Source: Rhodospirillaceae bacterium (GTDB lineage: Bacteria; Pseudomonadota; Alphaproteobacteria; Dongiales; Dongiaceae). Taken from it: 64,000 nt of DNA. The stretch spans positions 5,716 to 69,715 of the forward strand of contig SSEL01000033.1 in the NCBI GenBank assembly GCA_008012315.1, written 5' to 3'. The translations under genes and the position numbers were made by a program. The notes under the pieces were generated by a model that searched no databases, was not told the origin of the DNA, and worked only from the letters and a program-made list of their open reading frames with translations. Shown piece by piece: positions 27,997-37,222 of the stretch (position 1 is the first letter of the stretch; each line of letters opens with the position of its first letter).

Positions 27997-29598
27997 TCAC
28001 TCGCCGTCGCGCGCCGGAATCCACCATTCCTCGCCGCGCCGCGTGGTGACATATTCCGGCCAGCGAAAATCGATCGGTGCGCGAAAATCAGCCGGCAGCA
28101 AGGGTGCCATCCATTTGCTGCCACCGATGCCACCACCGGTCCGGTCGCGCCATTCGTCCTGGGCGGACTTCAGCAGATCGGGCCGGGTCATCAGATCGAT
28201 GATAGTGGCGCCGATGGTTTTCGATGCGGTGCGGATCATCGGATCGATACAGTTTCGAATGCCGCCCAAGGCGTTCATGACCCAATCCGGATAATTGACG
28301 CCGCGCGCGGCTTTCAGCATTGGCCGGCCGATATAGAAGCGCACGGTCGGCGCATACCAGCAATATTCGGTGTAATCATCGGAGGTCGAGTTGAGCTGCC
28401 AGGGTGGCAGCGTCTGGCGCAAGCGGCGCTCTGCCTCTTGCGGCTCGATCAACTGCTCGATCGCGGGCAGGAACGGCTTGTCCATCGGCTCGATACCGAT
28501 TTCGCGCTGCATCGCTTGCGCCGCACGGATCGCCTCATCACCCCATTGCGGCGCGCCGGACAGCTTCAGATTGTCATAGGTCGCCTGCGCCATAACATGA
28601 TTGGCGAGGCCCGGCCGTGATTTCGTCACCCAGGTCCTGGTCCAGCGGCAATGCGCCGCCTTGGCCGCTGCTTCGGCATTGTTGTCCAGCACGCGCGCAA
28701 TGGTTTCCGCCATTTCCAATGTCGGGGCGCGCCAGAGATATTGGATCTGCGCCGTCTGGGCCGGCAGGTTATCCGCCGTGGCCTGGCCGGCGCTGAGGAT
28801 CGCTTCGCTGATCGACCAGCCGCCGGTGAAAGGCAGCATGTTCGATTGCGCCTGCTTGGTCATGCCGAACATATGGAACAGGGCATCATTCGCGCCGGGC
28901 GCGCGGGCGGAAATATGGCTGGCCGGAATCGGGCTGTCGGGATCGGCGGACAGCCAGTTTTCCGGCTCGATGCAGTCGAATGTATAGATGCAGGCATAGC
29001 CAAGGCCGCAATGCGTGTCCCAGCGCGCGGTATTGACCAGTGGCAACATATAGGTCGGATGAAAGCTCAAAAACGCATCAATGCCGTCATAATAGCCCTT
29101 GGCCGCATGCACCGGTTTCGACAGCCGCAGTTTTTCCGCCGGCTCGCCGAAATAGCGGATCGTGCCGCGAATGCCGAATTTCTGCATCGCCGCCTTGGCC
29201 GCCAGAATGCCGCCGAGCGAACTGATACCCAAAGCCGAATGCGGATCCGTATGCCCCGCCGCATGACGGCTGAGGCCTTTGCGCGGTTCCTTGCGCGTGC
29301 TGGCGGCCTGGCAATTGCCCGGCACGGCATCGTATTCGGCATAAGCACCGATGACGGGGTCGCCCGCCTTAGCGTCGTTCGACCAGCGCGCCGCGAAAGC
29401 CGTCGGCATGCCGGCGCTGCCGGCTTCGACCTCGAAGCCTTCGCGCCGCAGGAGATCGACATACCAAGCCGCGGATTTGTATTCGCGCAAGGCCGGCTCG
29501 GCGAAATGCCAGATGAGCTGGTTCCAATCGGAAAGATCAGTCATATGGCCGTCGACCCAATCCAAAGCGAATTGCTTCTGCGCTGCGTTATCGGCCAT
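27997..29598 (-). CDS. M20 family amidohydrolase, AbgB-like
   Basis: IWHFAEPALREYKS, GMPTAFAA, AYAEYDAVPG, GHTDPHSALG, FGEPAEK, STSDD; start reset to MADNAAQ. Confidence 0.82.
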   Translation of the reverse strand: MADNAAQKQFALDWVDGHMTDLSDWNQLIWHFAEPALREYKSAAWYVDLLRREGFEVEAGSAGMPTAFAARWSNDAKAGDPVIGAYAEYDAVPGNCQAASTRKEPRKGLSRHAAGHTDPHSALGISSLGGILAAKAAMQKFGIRGTIRYFGEPAEKLRLSKPVHAAKGYYDGIDAFLSFHPTYMLPLVNTARWDTHCGLGYACIYTFDCIEPENWLSADPDSPIPASHISARAPGANDALFHMFGMTKQAQSNMLPFTGGWSISEAILSAGQATADNLPAQTAQIQYLWRAPTLEMAETIARVLDNNAEAAAKAAHCRWTRTWVTKSRPGLANHVMAQATYDNLKLSGAPQWGDEAIRAAQAMQREIGIEPMDKPFLPAIEQLIEPQEAERRLRQTLPPWQLNSTSDDYTEYCWYAPTVRFYIGRPMLKAARGVNYPDWVMNALGGIRNCIDPMIRTASKTIGATIIDLMTRPDLLKSAQDEWRDRTGGGIGGSKWMAPLLPADFRAPIDFRWPEYVTTRRGEEWWIPARDGE

Positions 29599-29731
29599 TT
29601 CGTTCCCCCCTGCGATGGATGCGTTTGCTGCTTCATTTTCGATCAGCACCGACACTAATCAATCAAAGCGAGGATGAACTGGCAAGATGATCGACTAAAT
29701 GTATTGAGCACTCACGATCTCGTTGATTTTT

Positions 29732-29756
29732 GGAACGCCCCTAATTGCGAGCCGTT
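29732..29756 (+). promoter_or_regulatory. EcfG/SigT-type promoter GGAAC-N16-CGTT
   Basis: GGAAC (29732-29736), 16 nt, CGTT (29753-29756); 34 nt upstream of an ATG with an AAGGGAG RBS. Confidence 0.75.
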
Positions 29757-29790
29757 TGCCCTTTGTCCGTCGACGAAAGGGAGAGTTTGT

Positions 29791-30006
29791 ATGAGACAAC
29801 AGCATCTCAGCCGCAACCAACGCGAACGGCAAGTGATCGAAACCCGTCAGCGGGAACAGTGGCTTGAAGAACAGGCTGCAAGAAAGGAAGCATCGCAGGG
29901 CTGGCAAGAAGTCGAGCGCCAGGTCGAACGCGATAGCAATAGCAACCGACCCGAACGTGCTGCCCCTCCTGAACGGCGCAACCAGCCGCCGACAAAGGAA
30001 AGATAA
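29791..30006 (+). CDS. Small hydrophilic R/Q/E-rich hypothetical protein (71 aa), predicted GSR regulon member
   Basis: MRQQHLSRNQRERQVIETRQREQWLEEQ...; RBS and EcfG promoter upstream, strong hairpin downstream. Confidence 0.7.
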   Translation: MRQQHLSRNQRERQVIETRQREQWLEEQAARKEASQGWQEVERQVERDSNSNRPERAAPPERRNQPPTKER

Positions 30007-30037
30007 GTTTCACGCACATCGTACGTGGTGAAGAGAG

Positions 30038-30067
30038 GATGCCCCGGTCGACAACGATCGGGGCATC
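30038..30067 (+). terminator. Strong hairpin downstream of the 71-aa ORF
   Basis: GATGCCCCG/CGGGGCATC 9-bp stem, extendable with GTCG/CGAT around an ACAA loop; no U-tract. Confidence 0.45.
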
Positions 30068-30212
30068 TGCATGGGAACGCAATATCGCGCCGAAGAGCAA
30101 ATTATCGAGCCCGCGTATCAATTCAGCGCGACGACCCCGCGGGCTGCCGGCAAGACGCCTGCGACACGGGGCTCCGCGCTGAGACCTGCAGCGTGACGAA
30201 TGGTCAGCCTTT

Positions 30213-30237
30213 CACTGTTCGACCACTGTTCGACCAC
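30213..30237. repeat. 11-bp tandem repeat CACTGTTCGAC x2 (+CAC) containing GTTC-N7-GTTC
   Basis: Copies at 30213-30223 and 30224-30234. Confidence 0.8.
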
Positions 30238-30675
30238 CGGCACGCCAAGTTCCTATGCCGTGAAGATATTGGCCTTCACGGCGTCGGGACGGGTGTAGTT
30301 GCTATAGACGCCGGGGCGTCGCCGTCAGGCCCGATCTGACATTGGCACTGACCGTCAAACCGACCGGTTCGCACTGCAGAATCGCGCTGACATCCTTGGC
30401 CGCCGCCTTGCCGCGCCATCGCGCCGGCCAGCGCTAAATCAGCCTCGTCGAGAATGCCGGCGGCCAGGGCGGCCCCCGTCCCATCCGGTCATACCCGCCG
30501 ACGCACCCCCTAAGGGCATGAGATTCCTCTCTAAAATCAGGCAGTTGAGGCAAAATGTCTCAAGCTCATGCCAGCTTTGACACTCGCTACCTGTCGAGGG
30601 ATATTAACCTCGCCTGGATTTTTGTCAGGCGGCCGCTAGACTGCCGCTTTCTGCAACGACGGAAGATCAACAATC

Positions 30676-32061
30676 ATGAGCCCTCGGCCGAATTCCCTGG
30701 CGGCGCGCGATGCCGCCTTCCACCTGCACGGCTATACCAATGCCAAGAAGAATGAGCAGGAAGGCGGTTTCGTCATTACCCGCGGCAAGGGCATCTACGT
30801 CTATGACGAAGATGGCAAGGAATATCTCGACGGCATGGCCGCCCTGTGGTGCTCCGGCCTCGGTTTCGGCGAAGAACCGCGCCTGACCCAGGCGGCGGTG
30901 AAACAGATGCAGGAACTGCCATTTTACCACACCTTCACCCAGAAGGTCGCATCGGTTACTGTCGAACTTGCCGAGAAGCTGGTCAATCTGGCGCCCGTGC
31001 CAATGTCGAAGGCCTATTTCTGCAACAGCGGATCGGAAGCCAACGACACCGTCGTCAAGATGATCTGGTACATCAATAACGGCCTCGGCCGGCCGCAGAA
31101 GAAGAAGATCATCTCCCGCACCAAAGCCTATCATGGGGTCACTGTCGCAGCGGCATCGCTGACCGGCCTGCCCGGCCTGCATATCGATTTCGACCTGCCG
31201 ATCGCCGGCATCCTGCGTACCGATTGTCCGCATCATTACCGCTTCGGCAATCCCGGCGAGTCGGAAGAGGATTTCGCGACGCGCTGCGCCGAGAGCTTGG
31301 AAAAGCTGATCCTCAGCGAAGGGCCGGACACGATCGCCGCCATGTTCGCCGAGCCGGTCATGGGTGCCGGCGGCGTCATCATTCCGCCCAAGACGTATTT
31401 CACGAAGATCCAGGCCGTCCTCAAGAAATACGACATCCTGCTGGTTGCGGATGAAGTGATCTGCGGCTTCGGCCGGACCGGCAATTTCTGGGGCAGCCAG
31501 ACCATGGGCATGACCCCGGATATCATGACCATGGCGAAGCAGCTTTCCGCCGGCGTCCTGCCGATCGCCGCCGTCCTGGTCAATCAGCGCGTCTATGAAG
31601 CCCTGCGCGACAACAGCGCCAAGAACACCGTCTTCGGGCATGGCATCACCTATTCCGGCCATCCGGTCTGTGCCGCCGTGGCGCTGGAAACGCTGAAAAT
31701 CTACGAGGAGCGCAAGATCGTCGACCGGGTGCGGGCGCTGGAGCCGATCTTCCTGCGCGAACTGGCGCGTTTCCAGGATCATCCGCTGGTCGGCGAATGC
31801 CGGGGCGTGGGCCTGGTCGGTGCGGTCGAACTGGTTAAGGATAAATCGACGCGCCAAAGTTTCGATGCGTCGCTGGCAGTCGGTCCGAATCTGGTCCGGA
31901 TCGCCCATAATCATGGCCTGATCATCCGTGCGGTCGGCGATTCGCTGGCTTTCTGCCCGCCCATGGTGATCAGCGAAGCGGAAGTGGTCGATATGTTCGC
32001 CCGTTTCGAAAAGGCCCTGGCCGATACCGTGGACTGGCTGAAGCGCGACGAGCATCTGTAA
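30676..32061 (+). CDS. Class III aminotransferase (omega-amino acid:pyruvate type)
   Basis: YLDGMAALWC, FCNSGSEANDT, AYHG, LVADEVICGFGRTG, MAKQLS (PLP Lys), GITYSGHP. Confidence 0.92.
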   Translation: MSPRPNSLAARDAAFHLHGYTNAKKNEQEGGFVITRGKGIYVYDEDGKEYLDGMAALWCSGLGFGEEPRLTQAAVKQMQELPFYHTFTQKVASVTVELAEKLVNLAPVPMSKAYFCNSGSEANDTVVKMIWYINNGLGRPQKKKIISRTKAYHGVTVAAASLTGLPGLHIDFDLPIAGILRTDCPHHYRFGNPGESEEDFATRCAESLEKLILSEGPDTIAAMFAEPVMGAGGVIIPPKTYFTKIQAVLKKYDILLVADEVICGFGRTGNFWGSQTMGMTPDIMTMAKQLSAGVLPIAAVLVNQRVYEALRDNSAKNTVFGHGITYSGHPVCAAVALETLKIYEERKIVDRVRALEPIFLRELARFQDHPLVGECRGVGLVGAVELVKDKSTRQSFDASLAVGPNLVRIAHNHGLIIRAVGDSLAFCPPMVISEAEVVDMFARFEKALADTVDWLKRDEHL

Positions 32062-32120
32062 GGGATCATGCTTTTCCGGCTTTGCCGGTGAATGGCCGAT
32101 GAGTTGATTGGATAACCGTG

Positions 32121-33338
32121 ATGGACTTTGAACAATTCTTCCGTGACCGATTGGGTGACCTGCGGGCCGAAGGTCGCTACCGCGTGTTCGCCGATCTTGA
32201 ACGGCAAGCGGGGCGTTTCCCGCGTGCCCATTGGCGCGAGCGGCCCGATGCCGAAGCCCGCGAGATCACCGTCTGGTGCTCCAACGATTATCTCGGCATG
32301 GGGCAACATCCGACGGTTTTGCAGGCGATGCAGGATGCCTTGCGGCATTACGGTGCCGGCGCCGGCGGCACCCGCAACATCTCCGGCACGACCCATGAGC
32401 ATGTCCTGCTGGAGCGGGCCCTGGCCAGTTGGCATGGCAAGGAAGCGGCCCTGCTTTTCACCTCTGGCTTCATCTCGAATGAAGCGACCCTGGGGACCCT
32501 GGCGCGGCAATTGCCGAATGCCATCGTCTATTCCGATGCCCAGAACCATGCGTCGATGATCGCCGGCATCCGCCACAGCCGGGTCGAGTATCATATCTTC
32601 CGGCATAACGACGCCGCCCATCTGCGGGAGCTTCTGGCCTCGCATGATCCGTCACGGCCGAAGATCGTCGCCTTCGAATCCGTCTACTCGATGGACGGCG
32701 ATATCGCGCCGATCGCCGAGATCTGCGATGTCGCGGAAGAATTCGGCGCCCTCACCTATCTCGACGAAGTGCATGCGGTCGGCATGTATGGCAAGCATGG
32801 TGCCGGCATCGCCGAGCGGGACGGCCTCAGCCATCGCCTGACCATCATCGAAGGAACGATGGGCAAGGCTTTCGGCCTGATGGGTGGCTACATTGCCGGT
32901 TCCGCGCCGATGGTCGATTTCATCCGCAGCTTTGCACCCGGGTTCATCTTTACCACGGCTTTGCCGCCGGTCTTGGTGGCCGGTGCGCGGGCGAGCCTGG
33001 AGATCCTGCGCGGCGCAAGCGATCTGCGCCGGCAGCATCAGGCCCGGGCGCAGCAATTGCGGCAATCGCTGCTGACGGCCGGCCTGCCGGTCATGCTGAG
33101 CGAAAGCCATATCGTACCGGTGCGCGTGGGCAACCCTGTTGCTTGCAAGGCGATCAGCGACCGGCTGCTGCGTCAGCATGATATCTATGTACAACCGATC
33201 AATTATCCGACGGTGCCGCGCGGCACGGAACGGCTGCGCTTCACGCCGAGCCCCGATCATGACGACCGGATGATCGAGACCGCGACGGAGGCATTGCAGG
33301 CTTGCTGGCGGGAACATGCCCTGCCGCTCGCCAGTTAA
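32121..33338 (+). CDS. hemA: 5-aminolevulinate synthase
   Basis: [70 protein letters not shown]. Confidence 0.96.
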   Translation: MDFEQFFRDRLGDLRAEGRYRVFADLERQAGRFPRAHWRERPDAEAREITVWCSNDYLGMGQHPTVLQAMQDALRHYGAGAGGTRNISGTTHEHVLLERALASWHGKEAALLFTSGFISNEATLGTLARQLPNAIVYSDAQNHASMIAGIRHSRVEYHIFRHNDAAHLRELLASHDPSRPKIVAFESVYSMDGDIAPIAEICDVAEEFGALTYLDEVHAVGMYGKHGAGIAERDGLSHRLTIIEGTMGKAFGLMGGYIAGSAPMVDFIRSFAPGFIFTTALPPVLVAGARASLEILRGASDLRRQHQARAQQLRQSLLTAGLPVMLSESHIVPVRVGNPVACKAISDRLLRQHDIYVQPINYPTVPRGTERLRFTPSPDHDDRMIETATEALQACWREHALPLAS

Positions 33339-33383
33339 TGTACCGATGGCCGCTTTCAGGCCCTGCTGTCATTAAGCGATGGC

Positions 33384-33413
33384 TGGACAAGCCGGATTCC
33401 ACCACTTTAGAAT
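33384..33413 (+). promoter_or_regulatory. Putative sigma70 promoter (TGGACA-N18-TAGAAT)
   Basis: Near-consensus hexamers about 20 nt upstream of the 33435 start. Confidence 0.45.
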
Positions 33414-33434
33414 GCCTCTCATTCTGAGGTGAAG

Positions 33435-33989
33435 ATGTACAAGGATAATAGTCTCGTTCCGAGTGAAGCGATCCGATTGGCGGCCCTGGGCCTCTTGGCC
33501 CGGCAGGAGCGGAGCTATGCGGATCTGGCGCGGGATATCCGGCATTTCACTGCGCGTATCGTCGGCCCGTCGCTCGATTTGCTGGGCCCGTCACTGGAAC
33601 TGTTCAAGGTCGAAGCGCTCATGGAGGCGGCCGATGCCGCCCCTGGTCGTGACGCACCGGCTCATGACGAGCAGTTCATGCGCCTGACCGCTGCCGGCCA
33701 ACAGGAATTCCGACGTCTGATGACCACCAAGCTGCGCGGCCCGATGGGCGAGGTCAACAAGCTGATCATCGCCCTGAAAATGCATTTCCTCGACCTTCTC
33801 GCCCGCGAAGAGCAGTTGGCGCAAATCGAAATGCTGGAAGAGACCTGCGACCGCGAACTGGCGCGGCTCGGTGATTTGCGCGGTCATCACAGCGATGAAG
33901 CCACCTTCCTGACCTCGTGGCTGGACCACGAAATCGACGAGGTCGATTCCCGCCGGCAATGGTTCCGCCGCCTGCGCGAGCGCCTGTAG
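33435..33989 (+). CDS. Hypothetical protein, probable PadR-like winged-helix regulator
   Basis: AIRLAALGLLARQERSYADLA...GPSL...RLTAAGQQEF resembles the PadR wHTH; helical C-terminal domain LKMHFLDLL...WLDHEI; GAGGTG RBS. Confidence 0.6.
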   Translation: MYKDNSLVPSEAIRLAALGLLARQERSYADLARDIRHFTARIVGPSLDLLGPSLELFKVEALMEAADAAPGRDAPAHDEQFMRLTAAGQQEFRRLMTTKLRGPMGEVNKLIIALKMHFLDLLAREEQLAQIEMLEETCDRELARLGDLRGHHSDEATFLTSWLDHEIDEVDSRRQWFRRLRERL

Positions 33990-34003
33990 GCCAATCTATC
34001 GCT

Positions 34004-35422
34004 TTATCTGCGTATCCCTTCGATCTGCTCCAGGATCGCGGCAGCGGAGCGGTCGATATCGGCGTCCGTCGTGCGATAATTGCAGATCGAGATGCGCAGC
34101 GCGCGACGCCCGCGCCAGGTCGTTCCACCCAGCCAGCAGGTTCCCTCCGCCTGAATCGCCGCGATGACCGCATCGGTGATCTGATCGCCGATGTCATCGT
34201 CGCGCGGCGTGACCTGTACCAGGACCTGGTTGAGCACGACGTCATTGAGGATGGAGACGCCCTCCGCCGCGGCCAGATGATCGCGCATCCGCCGCGCCAG
34301 GCGGCAGCATCGCGCGACCAGTTCGGCAAGGCCGTCGCGGCCGAAACCCAGCAGCGCCGCATAGATCGCGATAGCCCGGGCACGGCGCGACATCTCCGGC
34401 ACCCACTGATAGGGATCGCGATGCGTCTCGCCGCTCTTGTGCAGATAGGCTTCGCCCGGCATCGACATGGCGGCGCGGTGAGCCGCCGGATGTGCGGTCA
34501 GCACGATGCCGGAATCATGCGGAACATTGAGCCATTTATGACCGTCGGTCGCCCAGGAATCCGCCCGTTCCATGCCGGCGGTCAGATGGCGATGCTCAGA
34601 TGCGACGGCAGCCCACAAGCCGAAAGCCCCGTCGATATGCAGCCAAGCACCCTGGCGGGCGGCGATATCGGCGATTTCAACGAAGGGATCGAAGGCACCC
34701 GTGTTCACCCCGCCAGCCTGCGCGCAAATGATGGCGGGGCCCTGCCCTTGTTCGATTGCGCGGGCGAGTAGATCGGCGCGCATCCTTCCCTGCTCGTCGC
34801 TGGGAATGATCACGGCCTGATCGCGTCCCAGGCCGATATATTGCAGCGCCGTCGCCACCGAGCCATGCGCTTCGGCACCGCAGAAGACGCGAATGGGCGG
34901 CGCGCCGAAAAGCCCTTGCCGCTCGACATCCCAACCGGCCTTCATCAGAACGTGATGGCGCGCCGCCAGCAAAGCTGTGACATGCGCCATCTGGCAACCG
35001 CTGACAAAACCGACGCTGATTTCGCGGCCCGGTGCCGCCAGGCCAAAGAGATCGGCAAGCCATTTTCCGACGACCTCTTCGATGACCGCATTGGCCGGCG
35101 AAGTGGCATAGAGAACGGCATTCTGGTCCCAGGCCGCCGTCAGCCAATCGGCCGCCAGAGCCGCCGGATGGGCGCCGCTGATCACATGGCCGAAATAACG
35201 CGGCCCAGCCGAGGCGACGATGCCCGGATCCGCCGCCGCAACCAGATGGTCGAGAATGGCCAGCGGATCCCGCCCCTTTTCAGGCAAACGGCCGCCGAGT
35301 GCCTCAGCAAGTGACGCCCGGTCAGCACGCACCCCGACCGGCCGTGCGGGCAAGCCATCGAGAAAATCCGATGCCAGCTGCGCGGCCCGCGCCAACAAGA
35401 CCTGGTTGGGTGATTTGCTCAT
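34004..35422 (-). CDS. Group II PLP-dependent decarboxylase (aromatic-L-amino-acid/glutamate decarboxylase family)
   Basis: GPRYFGHV, WLTAAWDQN, HIDGAFG, SWATDGHKWLNVPHDSG (PLP Lys), VLNQVLV. Confidence 0.9.
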   Translation of the reverse strand: MSKSPNQVLLARAAQLASDFLDGLPARPVGVRADRASLAEALGGRLPEKGRDPLAILDHLVAAADPGIVASAGPRYFGHVISGAHPAALAADWLTAAWDQNAVLYATSPANAVIEEVVGKWLADLFGLAAPGREISVGFVSGCQMAHVTALLAARHHVLMKAGWDVERQGLFGAPPIRVFCGAEAHGSVATALQYIGLGRDQAVIIPSDEQGRMRADLLARAIEQGQGPAIICAQAGGVNTGAFDPFVEIADIAARQGAWLHIDGAFGLWAAVASEHRHLTAGMERADSWATDGHKWLNVPHDSGIVLTAHPAAHRAAMSMPGEAYLHKSGETHRDPYQWVPEMSRRARAIAIYAALLGFGRDGLAELVARCCRLARRMRDHLAAAEGVSILNDVVLNQVLVQVTPRDDDIGDQITDAVIAAIQAEGTCWLGGTTWRGRRALRISICNYRTTDADIDRSAAAILEQIEGIRR

Positions 35423-35438
35423 GAGACGCCAGGCGGAC

Positions 35439-36185
35439 TCAGAATAGATGCTGACCACCAGTCAGGAAGATTTCCGTTCCGGTGACATAGCCGAAATCCT
35501 CGCCGCAAAGACGGAACACGACCCCGGCCACTTCTTCCGGCGTTCCCATGCGACCCATCGGAATGCGCGGGATAAGGGCTTCATATTCCGCACCGATCAT
35601 GGCCGTCTCGATCTCGCCGGGGGCAACGGCATTGACCCGCACGCCCAGGGCGGCGAACTCCACCGCCATTTCCCGCGTCAGCGCCGACAAGGCGGCCTTC
35701 GAGGTCGAATAGGCCGAGCTGGCGAAGGGATGAATGGCATGGCCGGCGATCGAGGTGATATTGACGACCGTGCCCTTGCCCTGATGCAGCGGGCGGGCAA
35801 AGCCGCGCGCCAAAGTGAGCGGCGTGAAGAAGTTCAATTCGAACACCTCGCGCCAGGCGCCGACATCGCCGTTCAGGATGCCGAGCCGCTCCTTGAACGG
35901 CGTCTTGGGGCTGATGGCCGCGTTATTGACCAGCGCATGCACCGGCTCCCCGTCGAGCACGACCATCGCCTGCTCGACGAACTTCGCGGCATCATCGGCA
36001 TGAGCCAGATCGACGGTGATATGATGCGTCCAATTGGGGTCGCGTTTGCACTCCTCGGGCACCGCATCCCGGCTGCAGGTGACGATGCGCCAGCCTTCCT
36101 GGCTGAAACGCTTCACCGTTGCATGGCCGATGCCCCGGCTGGCACCGGTCAGGATGACGGTTTTCTTACTGGCTGTCTCGGTCAT
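35439..36185 (-). CDS. SDR family oxidoreductase
   Basis: TGASRGIG NAD(P)-binding motif, LVNNAA, YSTSK (YxxxK), VNAVAPG. Confidence 0.92.
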   Translation of the reverse strand: MTETASKKTVILTGASRGIGHATVKRFSQEGWRIVTCSRDAVPEECKRDPNWTHHITVDLAHADDAAKFVEQAMVVLDGEPVHALVNNAAISPKTPFKERLGILNGDVGAWREVFELNFFTPLTLARGFARPLHQGKGTVVNITSIAGHAIHPFASSAYSTSKAALSALTREMAVEFAALGVRVNAVAPGEIETAMIGAEYEALIPRIPMGRMGTPEEVAGVVFRLCGEDFGYVTGTEIFLTGGQHLF

Positions 36186-36220
36186 CTCGCCTCGCTCGTG
36201 TCCTCGATCGGCATGCAGGG

Positions 36221-37162
36221 TTACTTGAACACCCGCCTGCGCTCGGCCACGCCGTAGGGGTCTTGATGGATAATGATTTCAGCGTCGGGAAAATGCTGCA
36301 AGAGCTCTTTCTCGACAGAATCCGAGATGCGGTGCGCTTCGCGCAACGTCATATCCGCATCCAGTTCCAGATGAAACTGGATAAAGCGAAACTGTCCTGC
36401 AACCCGCGTGCGCAATTCATGCAGGTCGCGCACCTCCGGATGCCGGCGCACGATCTCCTTGATCTGCTCGCGCTCGGCATCTTCCATTTCCCGGTCCATC
36501 AGCATGTCGAATGCCTCGCGGCCGATACCGATCGCGGTAAAGGCGATGAACAGGGCAACCGCCAGACCGAACAGCGGGTCGATCCACCACAGGCCAAGCC
36601 AGGCGCTGAGCAGCAACGCAGCAATGACGGCGGCATTGACCAGGAAGTCGCTGAAATAATGAGTGGCATCGGCGCGCACCGCCAATGAACCGGTGCGCCG
36701 GATGACGTGGCGCTGATACATCATCAGCACTGCGGTGACCGCGATGGAGGCAATCATCACCACGATGCCGATACCGGTATTCTCGACCGGCTTCGGCTCG
36801 GCGAAACGATTGATGACCTCGATCAGCAGCAGGACCGAGGAACCGAGGATGAAAGCCACCTGTGCCAGGCCGGCCAGCGGCTCGGCCTTGCCGTGGCCGA
36901 AGCGATGTTCCGAATCCGCCGGCGCCAAGGCATGATGCACCGCCAGCAGATTGATCAGCGACGCCGCCAGATCGAGACCGGAATCGAGCAAAGTCGACAG
37001 CAGCGCTACCGAGCCAGTCGAGAGATAGGCATAGAGCTTGATCGCAATCAGCAAAGCCGCCGCGATGACCGACGCAACGGTCGCCCGTCGCATCAATCGC
37101 CCGCTTTCGTCGAGCGAAAGCGGTGTGCCGCTGATCTGGTGGTCGCCGGCGCGATCGGTCAT
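36221..37162 (-). CDS. fieF: Cation diffusion facilitator (FieF-like)
   Basis: TGSVALLSTLLDSGLD, HRFGHGKAEPLA, ADATHYFSD, AHRISD, IIHQDP. Confidence 0.9.
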   Translation of the reverse strand: MTDRAGDHQISGTPLSLDESGRLMRRATVASVIAAALLIAIKLYAYLSTGSVALLSTLLDSGLDLAASLINLLAVHHALAPADSEHRFGHGKAEPLAGLAQVAFILGSSVLLLIEVINRFAEPKPVENTGIGIVVMIASIAVTAVLMMYQRHVIRRTGSLAVRADATHYFSDFLVNAAVIAALLLSAWLGLWWIDPLFGLAVALFIAFTAIGIGREAFDMLMDREMEDAEREQIKEIVRRHPEVRDLHELRTRVAGQFRFIQFHLELDADMTLREAHRISDSVEKELLQHFPDAEIIIHQDPYGVAERRRVFK

Positions 37163-37168
37163 GCCTCA

Positions 37169-37222
37169 GTCTCGGTCATGGGTCTCAATCATGGGGGTCT
37201 CAATCATGGAGTCTCGATCAGG
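37169..37222. repeat. Four imperfect 13-bp direct repeats GTCTC(A/G)(A/G)TCA(T/G)G(G) between pdxH and fieF
   Basis: Copies start at 37169, 37182, 37197 and 37211. Confidence 0.75.

Noticed and set aside
30085-30200. Glycine riboswitch (CGCCGAAGAGCAA) or TPP riboswitch (GGGG...CTGAGA) fragments
   Set aside because: The required downstream elements (CTCTCAGG for glycine; ACCC/ACCTGAT...AGGGA for TPP) are absent.
32085-32120. FNR box upstream of hemA
   Set aside because: TTGAT is present, but the second half-site has the wrong spacing and sequence.
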